From a virus (Duplodnaviria > Caudoviricetes): a DNA stretch of 63,103 bases. Below the pieces are notes generated by a model. It made no database searches and had not been told where the DNA came from. It saw only the letters and a program-made list of their open reading frames with translations. The stretch's first letter is position 1, and each line of letters opens with the position of its first letter. This document shows, in pieces, positions 17,211 to 24,480 of the stretch. Location: positions 1-63,103 of IMG/VR virus record IMGVR_UViG_3300048833_000065; one strand, 5' to 3'. The position numbers were made by a program, and so were the translations under genes.

Positions 17211-18263
17211 ATGAACCAGCCAGCAGATACGAAGACGCCGACGCTCTACGAGCAGCTTGAGGAAAGGACGGCGCAGTTCCAAGCGGCGCTTCCCGCTCAC
17301 ATTCCGGTGGAGCGCTTCTCGCGCATCCTTTTGACGGCGGTGCAGAACAGCCCTGCGCTCGCCTTCGCGGATCGCCGCTCGTTCTTCAACAGCGCCATGA
17401 AGTGCGCGCAGGATGGCCTGCTGCCCGATGGGCGCGAGGCCGCGCTCGTCATCTACAAGACGAAGAAGAAGGAAGGGAACCGCGAGTTCTGGATCGACGC
17501 GGTCCAGTACATGCCGATGGTCGGCGGACTTCGGAAGAAGGTCCGCAACAGCGGCGAGATCGCAACGTGGGACGTCAAGGCGGTCTATGAGAAGGACGAG
17601 TTCCTTTACGAGGAAGGCATCGATATCGTTCTGAAGCATAAGCCGTTCATCGACGGGCCTGCTGGCAAGTTGAAGGCAGTCTATTCCGTCGCGAAGCTGA
17701 AGAGCGGCGAGGTCAGCATCGACGTGATGCCGCTCTGGCAGGTCGAGCGCATCCGCAACCTGTCGAAGGCGAAGGACAGCGGCCCTTGGAAGGACCACTA
17801 CGACGAGATGGCGAAGAAGACCGTCGCGCGCCGTCACAGCAAGACGCTGCCCATGTCCACGGACCTCGATGACCTGATCAGGCGCGACGACGACCTCTAT
17901 GACATGAAGGGCGCGAGCGATGCGGAGAAGCTTCCGCAGGCGCGCCGCCCGCAGCTTTCCGATTTCTCGGAACTGCCGTCGAGCGGGATCACCGAGAAGC
18001 CCGCAGAGGAAGCGAGCGAGAACGTCGATCCGGAAAGCGGCGAGATCACGGAGGCCGACACCGCCCAGGCGGCGGAAGATGAGAAGCCCGCTGACGAAGG
18101 CGGTGCCGCAACGCTCGCCTATGGGCGCGGGCGCGTGTCTCGCCAGAAAGGCGCGAGCTTCCGCGCGGTGCCGGGAGAGTATCGCGACCAGCCGCAGGCG
18201 ACCGAAGATTGGCGCAAGGGCTGGCAGGACGAGGACCGCGCCATCCACGAAGGCAACGCTTAA
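17211..18263 (+). CDS. recT: RecT family single-strand annealing protein
   Basis: ALPAHIPVERFSR, CAQDGLLPDGREA, PWKDHYDEMAKKTVARR. Confidence 0.9.
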   Translation: MNQPADTKTPTLYEQLEERTAQFQAALPAHIPVERFSRILLTAVQNSPALAFADRRSFFNSAMKCAQDGLLPDGREAALVIYKTKKKEGNREFWIDAVQYMPMVGGLRKKVRNSGEIATWDVKAVYEKDEFLYEEGIDIVLKHKPFIDGPAGKLKAVYSVAKLKSGEVSIDVMPLWQVERIRNLSKAKDSGPWKDHYDEMAKKTVARRHSKTLPMSTDLDDLIRRDDDLYDMKGASDAEKLPQARRPQLSDFSELPSSGITEKPAEEASENVDPESGEITEADTAQAAEDEKPADEGGAATLAYGRGRVSRQKGASFRAVPGEYRDQPQATEDWRKGWQDEDRAIHEGNA

Positions 18264-18290
18264 ACACCACCAGCAACGAAGGAGAAAGAC

Positions 18291-18497
18291 ATGACGACCA
18301 TTGCAGAAGCCGCAGCCGCCTATGAGAGCGCGAAGCTCGCCCTCGCGGATGCGAAGGAGCAGCTTGCCGCTGCCGAAGCGCATGAGAAGTCGTGCGCCAT
18401 GAAGGAGCGCGAGGCTTACAGGGCATTCAACGAAGCCGTTGATGCGATGAAGCCGAAGCGCGGGTCGCGTCCGAAGAAGGGCGAGGGCAATGGCTGA
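18291..18497 (+). CDS. Hypothetical protein
   Basis: AAGGAG RBS; coiled-coil ORF. Confidence 0.6.
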   Translation: MTTIAEAAAAYESAKLALADAKEQLAAAEAHEKSCAMKEREAYRAFNEAVDAMKPKRGSRPKKGEGNG

Positions 18498-18672
18498 CGG
18501 CGGATACGCCGTCGCCCTTGTGGCTCTGATCGTGGGCGTCGCTCTGGCGACGCTCGCAATCGCCCGCCTGATCTACGAGCTTCGCACGCAAGGCGAGGAC
18601 CACGACGAGACGCTCTTTGGCGATCTGCCGAAGGTTCCGGAATTCATGCACAGAAGGAGAGACGACGAATGA
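18490..18672 (+). CDS. Small membrane protein
   Basis: N-terminal hydrophobic helix. Confidence 0.55.
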   Translation: MADGGYAVALVALIVGVALATLAIARLIYELRTQGEDHDETLFGDLPKVPEFMHRRRDDE

Positions 18673-19055
18673 CCATCAAGGCAAGGAAGGCGGCAGCGGT
18701 CATGCTGTCCGAGTTGGAAGCGGAGAGCGACGCGATCCGTGAAAGCATCAGCGACGAGCTTCAATTCAGCACGTCGATGATCCTCACACTCACGGAGAGC
18801 CGCGAGGAAGAGCTTCGCGCACTGGACGCGGAGATTGATAAGCGGAAGGCGCGGGTCCGGAAGACCTATGCCGAGTTGATCCGCAACGAGGAGCGCCGGA
18901 TCGCGCTCTACAAGGCGCAGCTTAAGAAGCTGGACGGTCCCGACGCTGTCGATCCGGACTTTGCGGAAGTCGAAGGCGCGGACATTCCTGTCACCAAGAC
19001 CGAGCCGTCTCTGATCGGTCACAACTCCAACGGGGCGGAAGACAAGGCTGCTTGA
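18669..19055 (+). CDS. Hypothetical coiled-coil protein
   Basis: ATGA-coupled ORF. Confidence 0.6.
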   Translation: MTIKARKAAAVMLSELEAESDAIRESISDELQFSTSMILTLTESREEELRALDAEIDKRKARVRKTYAELIRNEERRIALYKAQLKKLDGPDAVDPDFAEVEGADIPVTKTEPSLIGHNSNGAEDKAA

Positions 19056-19140
19056 AAAGCAAAGGGCCGCGATCCCGAAGGACGCGGCCCGACCCCACCC
19101 GACAAGTTTCTTACCACGGAGACTTTCTAGCGAGGATGCG

Positions 19141-19470
19141 ATGCAGGATATGGCACGAACAATATCGGAAAACAAGACCGCCAGGATCAAGAGGCTCTCA
19201 GACGAGGGACTTTCCAACAGGGAAATTGCCGAAATCGTCGGGTCCACTCTCAACTCGGTTTCAGTGACCCTCAACTATGTGCGGAACGGATACGGACGGA
19301 AGAACCGGAAGGCGATGATGGTTCGGATGGACCCGATTATGCGTGATGCCCTGATGCTGGAGGCGAAGAGGCGCAATATGCGCGAGCAGGACTTGGCTCG
19401 TGTCGTTCTCGAAACCGTCGTTCGCGACAAGCTGTTTGGCGCGGTGTTTGACGATGGCCCTGACACCTGA
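19141..19470 (+). CDS. HTH DNA-binding protein
   Basis: GLSNREIAEIVGSTLNSVSV HTH plus ribbon-helix-helix-like tail. Confidence 0.65.
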   Translation: MQDMARTISENKTARIKRLSDEGLSNREIAEIVGSTLNSVSVTLNYVRNGYGRKNRKAMMVRMDPIMRDALMLEAKRRNMREQDLARVVLETVVRDKLFGAVFDDGPDT

Positions 19471-19582
19471 GATCAGGGAAATCCTGCGCGCCATCGCCCG
19501 CGCAGCCATCGAAGAAAAGCTCGCGTCGAAGGGCGAGGGATCGGATAGGTCCGAGTTGCCCGCCAAGGCGGCTGCGCGCTAG
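19454..19582 (+). CDS. Small protein upstream of the integrase (possible recombination directionality factor)
   Basis: MALTPEIREILRAIARAA; position only. Confidence 0.35.
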   Translation: MALTPEIREILRAIARAAIEEKLASKGEGSDRSELPAKAAAR

Positions 19583-19611
19583 TCTGCCGTCACCACGGAG
19601 GACCAGCCACA

Positions 19612-21297
19612 ATGACCAGAGCCGCCATCTACGGTCGCTTTTCCACAGACTTGCAGCGGGATCGATCCGTCGAGGACCAGTTCGCGCTCTGCGATGGCTT
19701 CGCGAAGCGCGAAGGGCTTTCCATCGTTCGGTCCTATAGCGACAAGGCGAAGTCCGGAGCGTCCATCTTCGGGCGCGACGGGCTTCTCAATCTCATGGAA
19801 GACGCGCGGGCCGGATTGTTCGACGCGGTGGTGGTCGAGGCGCTCGACCGCATCTCACGCGATCAGGAAGACCTCGCCGGGATATACAAGCGGCTCTCCT
19901 TCGCGGGCGTGAAGCTGATCGCCGTCCACGATGGGCAGGCCGACGCGGTTCAGATCGGCGTGCGCGGCCTTCTCGGCTCGCTCTTCCTTGCCGACCTCGC
20001 CCACAAGGTCAGGCGCGGCCTGCAAGGCGTCATTCGCGACGGGCGGCACGCTGGCGGCAAGGCATACGGCTATCACCCGGTGCCGGGGAAGCCGGGAGAG
20101 CTTTCCATCGATCAAGCGGAGGCCGCTGTCGTGCGCCGCATCTTCACCGAGTATGTCGAAGGAGCGTCGCCCAGGGCCATCGCCAGAAAGCTGAACGACG
20201 AGGGAATACTCCCGCCGCGAGGCACGGTCTGGAACGCCAGCACGATCAACGGCAACGGCAAGCGCGGGACAGGCATCCTCCAGAACCCGCTCTACGCGGG
20301 CGAGATCATCTGGAACCGCGTCCGCATGGTGCGCGACCCGGCGAGCGGCAAGCGGCTCAGTCGCGTGAACCCGGAGAGCGAGTGGCACCGGGCGAAGGCT
20401 CCGCATCTTCGCATCATTGATGACGCGCTTTTCCACGCCGCTCGAGAGCGAAAGATCGACAACTCCCACGACCGCGATCCGTCGAAGCCGATGGTCAAGA
20501 AGCCTCACCTCCTGTCGGGCCTTCTCCGCTGCGGCGTCTGCGGCTCCGGGATGAGCCTGAGTGGAACGGACGACGGTCGCCGCCGCGTGCGATGCAGCCG
20601 CTCAAAGGAGAGCGGATCGTGCAGCAACCGGACGCGGTTCTATCTCGACGTCGTGGAGCAGACGGTGATCGATAACCTCGCGAGCATCTTTCGCGAGCCG
20701 GAAGTGCTGGATGAGTATCTCCGCATCTATCGTGAGGAATGGCGCGCGCGGACGCAGGCGGCGGTCAGGAACCGCGACGCGATCTCTCGCGGGCTTGCGG
20801 ACGTCAAGGGACAGATCGACAGGATGGTGAAGCTCTACGCGAAAGGCGTCATCGATGAGGCAAGGGCCGAGCGCGAGCTTCTGGAACTGCGCGGGCGCGA
20901 GATCGATTTGTCCACGGAGCTTTCGAGAGCCTCAAGCGATGTTCCGGTCATCGAATTGCACGCCGATGCGGTGGCCGAGTTTCGCGCGACCGTCGATAGC
21001 CTCGCGCTGCGCCTGCCGCAGATCGCGAAGAGCGAGGCCGCTCTCGCAGCCAACTTCCGGAAGCTGATCGACGCCGTCGTCGTCCATCCGGGTCGCCCCG
21101 CTCAGATCGAAGTCGTGGGCAAGCTCGCGGCCCTGATCGGGAAGGCGAGCCGGGGCGGTGAGGCCCCGGCTCTATCGATGGTAGCGGGAGACCGTTCTAG
21201 CCGGAAGAGCCGGGAAGTGCGCGGATTGCTCATATTTGGGCCGTGGGAGGCTATCCAGGCGGCGGGTGTTCCCCGAAAACTGGCCGCAAGCCTTTGA
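19612..21297 (+). CDS. Large serine recombinase (integrase)
   Basis: AAIYGRFSTDLQ catalytic Ser, LDRISR, recombinase domain, LLSGLLRCGVCG Zn ribbon. Confidence 0.93.
   Translation: MTRAAIYGRFSTDLQRDRSVEDQFALCDGFAKREGLSIVRSYSDKAKSGASIFGRDGLLNLMEDARAGLFDAVVVEALDRISRDQEDLAGIYKRLSFAGVKLIAVHDGQADAVQIGVRGLLGSLFLADLAHKVRRGLQGVIRDGRHAGGKAYGYHPVPGKPGELSIDQAEAAVVRRIFTEYVEGASPRAIARKLNDEGILPPRGTVWNASTINGNGKRGTGILQNPLYAGEIIWNRVRMVRDPASGKRLSRVNPESEWHRAKAPHLRIIDDALFHAARERKIDNSHDRDPSKPMVKKPHLLSGLLRCGVCGSGMSLSGTDDGRRRVRCSRSKESGSCSNRTRFYLDVVEQTVIDNLASIFREPEVLDEYLRIYREEWRARTQAAVRNRDAISRGLADVKGQIDRMVKLYAKGVIDEARAERELLELRGREIDLSTELSRASSDVPVIELHADAVAEFRATVDSLALRLPQIAKSEAALAANFRKLIDAVVVHPGRPAQIEVVGKLAALIGKASRGGEAPALSMVAGDRSSRKSREVRGLLIFGPWEAIQAAGVPRKLAASL
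21147..21189 (-). other. Putative attP core (tRNA 3'-end-like) followed by a hairpin
   Basis: - strand TCCCGCTACCA then GAGCCGGGGC-N6-GCCCCGGCTC. Confidence 0.55.
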
Positions 21298-21317
21298 AAT
21301 GTGGGCAGGATAAATAG

Positions 21318-21331
21318 TCGGAAACTTCCGA
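21318..21331. promoter_or_regulatory. Operator TCGGA-AACT-TCCGA upstream of the amidoligase operon
   Basis: Matches the cI/cro region palindrome; lies just upstream of TTGATC...TATGTG. Confidence 0.65.
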
Positions 21332-21415
21332 TCTTTTCCGTTGATCGTTCTGAACGACGAGCTATGTGTGCTTTACCGCCTCGACCGGGCGGCAACGCAA
21401 ACCACGGAGACTTAG

Positions 21416-22408
21416 ATGACCAGCCTTCCCCTCACCTTCGGCGCAGAGCTTGAATGCTTCCTCCCGATTGGCATGACGCACCGCGCCGCTGCCGCACGGA
21501 TCGCCGCCGAGACCGGGATCGAATGCCACGCCGAAGGATATAACCACTACACTCGCCCGACTTGGAAGATCGTGACGGACGGCTCGCTGGGCAACTACCA
21601 GCGCGGCGCGGAGATCGTCAGCCCGATCCTTTCGGGCGAGGAAGGGATCGAAGCCCTCGCCAAGGTCTGCCGCGCGCTCACCGACATGGGCGCGAAGGTC
21701 AACAAGAACTGCGGCTTTCACGTCCACATCGGAATGCGCGGCGAGAGCCTCGACACTTGGAAGAACGTCATCCGCGCATACGCGGCCTTCGAAACGCAGA
21801 TCGACAACCTGATGCCGACGAGCCGCCGCGCCAATAACAACTGCTACTGCCGCAGCATCGCGCGGATCGATCACGCGGCCCTTGAGCGGGCGACTGACCT
21901 TTCCGGCGTAGACCGCGCGGTTGACCTTCGCGGCGCATACGACCGCCGCTATGCCAAGGTGAACCTCCAGAGCTACTACCGCCACGGCACCATCGAGTTC
22001 CGCCAGCACAGCGGCACGGTAGACGCCGACAAGGCGACCAACTGGGTCCGCTTCCTCCTCGCGATGGTAGAGGCCGCGCGCAAGGGCAAAAAGCCCGCAA
22101 CGACGGCGGCGGCAACCAGCGCCACGGTGACGGCGCGCCCCGGCAGCAAGACGGCTCTGGCCGGGTCGATGCTGACGAGGCCGAACGGCTGCACGCGGCA
22201 GGAGATACTCGCCGCGACAGGCTGGCCCACGGTTTCGGTCCAACAGGTCGCCCGCTCCTGCGGGCTGGCGATCAGCCAGCGCCGCGAAGGCCGGAACGTC
22301 CGCTACTTCGCGCAGGGCGACATGACCGCCTCGCTCGACGGCCTCTTCGCCCTGATCGAAGCGAACGACAACATCGCCCGCTTCTATACGGGCCACGCGC
22401 AGGGTTAA
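21416..22408 (+). CDS. Putative amidoligase (COOH-NH2 ligase) with inserted DUF3489-like HTH
   Basis: TFGAELE, WKIVTDGSL, EIVSP, CGFHVH, TIEFRQHSGT; RPGSK...TRPNGCTRQEILAATGW. Confidence 0.85.
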   Translation: MTSLPLTFGAELECFLPIGMTHRAAAARIAAETGIECHAEGYNHYTRPTWKIVTDGSLGNYQRGAEIVSPILSGEEGIEALAKVCRALTDMGAKVNKNCGFHVHIGMRGESLDTWKNVIRAYAAFETQIDNLMPTSRRANNNCYCRSIARIDHAALERATDLSGVDRAVDLRGAYDRRYAKVNLQSYYRHGTIEFRQHSGTVDADKATNWVRFLLAMVEAARKGKKPATTAAATSATVTARPGSKTALAGSMLTRPNGCTRQEILAATGWPTVSVQQVARSCGLAISQRREGRNVRYFAQGDMTASLDGLFALIEANDNIARFYTGHAQG

Positions 22409-22505
22409 CACCGCGCGCGGCGCTCGCGGCTGACCGACCCTTATCAACACGCCAGAGAGCGCCGGGGCTTGACTGCCCCGGCCTCTATCCGAGAGAAAGG
22501 ATGGA

Positions 22506-22745
22506 ATGCGAATGTTCCTGACCAACGACGGCAAGGAGTTTGTGGCGCGCGATGAGGCTCACCTCGTCGCGTTGCTGCGCGCAGACAGTTTCACTCCATC
22601 TCCCACGCTCGCCGCTTTCATGCGTGACGTTGCCGAGCGCGCTCGTCTTCAAGACAGGCGCATCACGCTCCGCACCGATACGACGGAACACTTCGTCTCC
22701 GACATGATCGCGGCTGGTCTTCTCTCGGAGCGGCCCGTCAACTGA
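22506..22745 (+). CDS. Hypothetical protein in the amidoligase cassette
   Basis: AAGGA RBS; FMRDVAER...FVSDMIAAGLL. Confidence 0.65.
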   Translation: MRMFLTNDGKEFVARDEAHLVALLRADSFTPSPTLAAFMRDVAERARLQDRRITLRTDTTEHFVSDMIAAGLLSERPVN

Positions 22746-22819
22746 ACGGGCCAAATTCGACTTGCAGACGAGAAGATGCTGGCCCATGTCAGCGCCACCA
22801 CGGAGAAAGGAAACTTGCC

Positions 22820-23056
22820 ATGAACACAGAACAGACCCTAGAGGCCAACGCCTCAAGCCTCACCGCTTGGCGGGAGGCGATGGGCTTCTCGCAGCGCGAA
22901 GCCGCAGTGGCCCTTGGCTGCTCACGCAACGCGCTCGCGGGATGGGAGAGCGGCGAAGCCCGCACGCCGAAATACATCGCGCTGGCCTGCGCTGCGCTCG
23001 CCTTGAACATCAAGGTAGAGGGCGGCGCTGACGCCGACGAAGACGAAGACCTCTGA
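22820..23056 (+). CDS. XRE HTH protein
   Basis: WREAMGFSQREAAVALGCSRNALAGWESG...PKYIALACAAL. Confidence 0.85.
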   Translation: MNTEQTLEANASSLTAWREAMGFSQREAAVALGCSRNALAGWESGEARTPKYIALACAALALNIKVEGGADADEDEDL

Positions 23057-23079
23057 CCACCGACCACGGAGACCCGCAC

Positions 23080-23634
23080 ATGACCGACAAGCTCTATCTC
23101 GCATATGGTTCTAACCTCTGCATCGAGCAGATGAAAATCCGCTGCCCTGCCGCCGAGCCGCTTGGCACGACCACGATCTTCAACAACCGCCTCGTCTTCC
23201 GGGGCGTCGCTGACATTGAGAAGGCCGATGGCTTCAAGGTTCCGGTCGGCGTCTGGCGCATCACCAAGGAGTGCGAGCGCGCCCTCGACGTCTATGAGGG
23301 CATCAAGAGCGGCCTCTATGTGAAGCGGAACTGCCGCCTGCGCGACGGCGCGGTCGCGATGTTCTACAAGATGAAGTCGACCGATATCCTGCCGCCGAGC
23401 GATTACTACCTCGACGTGATCAGGGAGGGATATGGCGACTTCGGCCTCGACCTCGCGGCCCTCAAGGAGGCGGTAAAGCATTCGAAGCAGCACCGCCGCG
23501 CCTCACGCGGCCTTCTGGAGCGGCAGGAGCGCCGCGACAGACGATGGCGCGAGCGGAAGCGCCGGGAGGAAGAGGAAGCCTTTCTCGCCGCCAACGACCT
23601 CCCCTATTGGACCGACCCCGCGCTCTACGCTTGA
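23080..23634 (+). CDS. Gamma-glutamylcyclotransferase (GGCT/AIG2-like)
   Basis: YLAYGSNL, RCPAA, LDVYEG, PPSDYY. Confidence 0.88.
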   Translation: MTDKLYLAYGSNLCIEQMKIRCPAAEPLGTTTIFNNRLVFRGVADIEKADGFKVPVGVWRITKECERALDVYEGIKSGLYVKRNCRLRDGAVAMFYKMKSTDILPPSDYYLDVIREGYGDFGLDLAALKEAVKHSKQHRRASRGLLERQERRDRRWRERKRREEEEAFLAANDLPYWTDPALYA

Positions 23635-23692
23635 CCGCAGAAGCTTGGCTCTGTATCGATCAGGGCCTCTAGGGATTAGACGTCAAACGACA

Positions 23693-23733
23693 AAGAGGCC
23701 CGCCACCGATGCTACTCGGTGCGCGGGCCTCTT
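23693..23733. terminator. Long hairpin between convergent genes
   Basis: AAGAGGCCCGC-CACCGA-N6-TCGGTG-C-GCGGGCCTCTT. Confidence 0.6.
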
Positions 23734-23772
23734 GCGCTCGACCTGCGGTTCCAGCCGCTGCCGCAGGGAGGT

Positions 23773-24249
23773 CTATGGCACTTCCAAACGAAACACAGCG
23801 TCAGGAATTGCGAAATCCTCATGAACGTAATCATGGCAATAGCGCGTCACATGAGAACGGTATTTATGCGGCCCGCTTGTGAGTGGCGGACGCCCCGGAT
23901 CAGATTGCTTTGGTATGGCCACTGAAATGGGTATTTCAACAATCTCCTCACTCGGCTTGGTGTACCCACCCGCAACGGTCGGCATTCTGATAGGCACTGT
24001 TCCGTCCGGCGCAACGATGAAACTGCGAACATCAGAAGGGCATTGCCTGTTGACGCGCGCCTTGTACACCATCTTGAGTGTTCCACCCGGATGAACAGTT
24101 GGCGTCGTCACGCCAACGCCATACCATTCAATCGGGTTGACAGTCCTTCCCCAAAACCGCTGACCACTCTCAATCGCTGGAAGGATCGTGGTCACAAAAA
24201 TCAGGGCGAGCATTGCCGGGATCAAGTGCTTGATAAGGAACTCTTTCAT
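23773..24249 (-). CDS. Membrane-anchored or exported protein
   Basis: N-terminal TM followed by a beta-rich domain with two Cys. Confidence 0.65.
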   Translation of the reverse strand: MKEFLIKHLIPAMLALIFVTTILPAIESGQRFWGRTVNPIEWYGVGVTTPTVHPGGTLKMVYKARVNRQCPSDVRSFIVAPDGTVPIRMPTVAGGYTKPSEEIVEIPISVAIPKQSDPGRPPLTSGPHKYRSHVTRYCHDYVHEDFAIPDAVFRLEVP

Positions 24250-24479
24250 TGGCGTGAAATCCCCTTGACCCATGCTTCAATCGCGCCGCTCGCTGCGAAG
24301 TAGGCAGTTGCTATAACCGCCGTCCACATGATGAACCTCTTGATGATCTCACCAAGCTTGCCGAGGCTTTCCATTGCCTCCCAAAACTTGACCATCCTTT
24401 CGATTGTTTCGAAGTCGCCATGATCGTACATCTCCTTGATCTTCTTAACTCCGGGGTGGTCTTTGTGATCCTCAGTCAT
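24246..24479 (-). CDS. Small single-TM protein (possibly lysis related)
   Basis: MTEDHKD...FIMWTAVIATAYFAASG. Confidence 0.6.
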   Translation of the reverse strand: MTEDHKDHPGVKKIKEMYDHGDFETIERMVKFWEAMESLGKLGEIIKRFIMWTAVIATAYFAASGAIEAWVKGISRQ

Positions 24480-24480
24480 T

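Noticed and set aside
21179-21189. tRNA gene
   Set aside because: Only an acceptor-end-like 11-mer; no T-loop or cloverleaf. No tRNA was recognised elsewhere by eye
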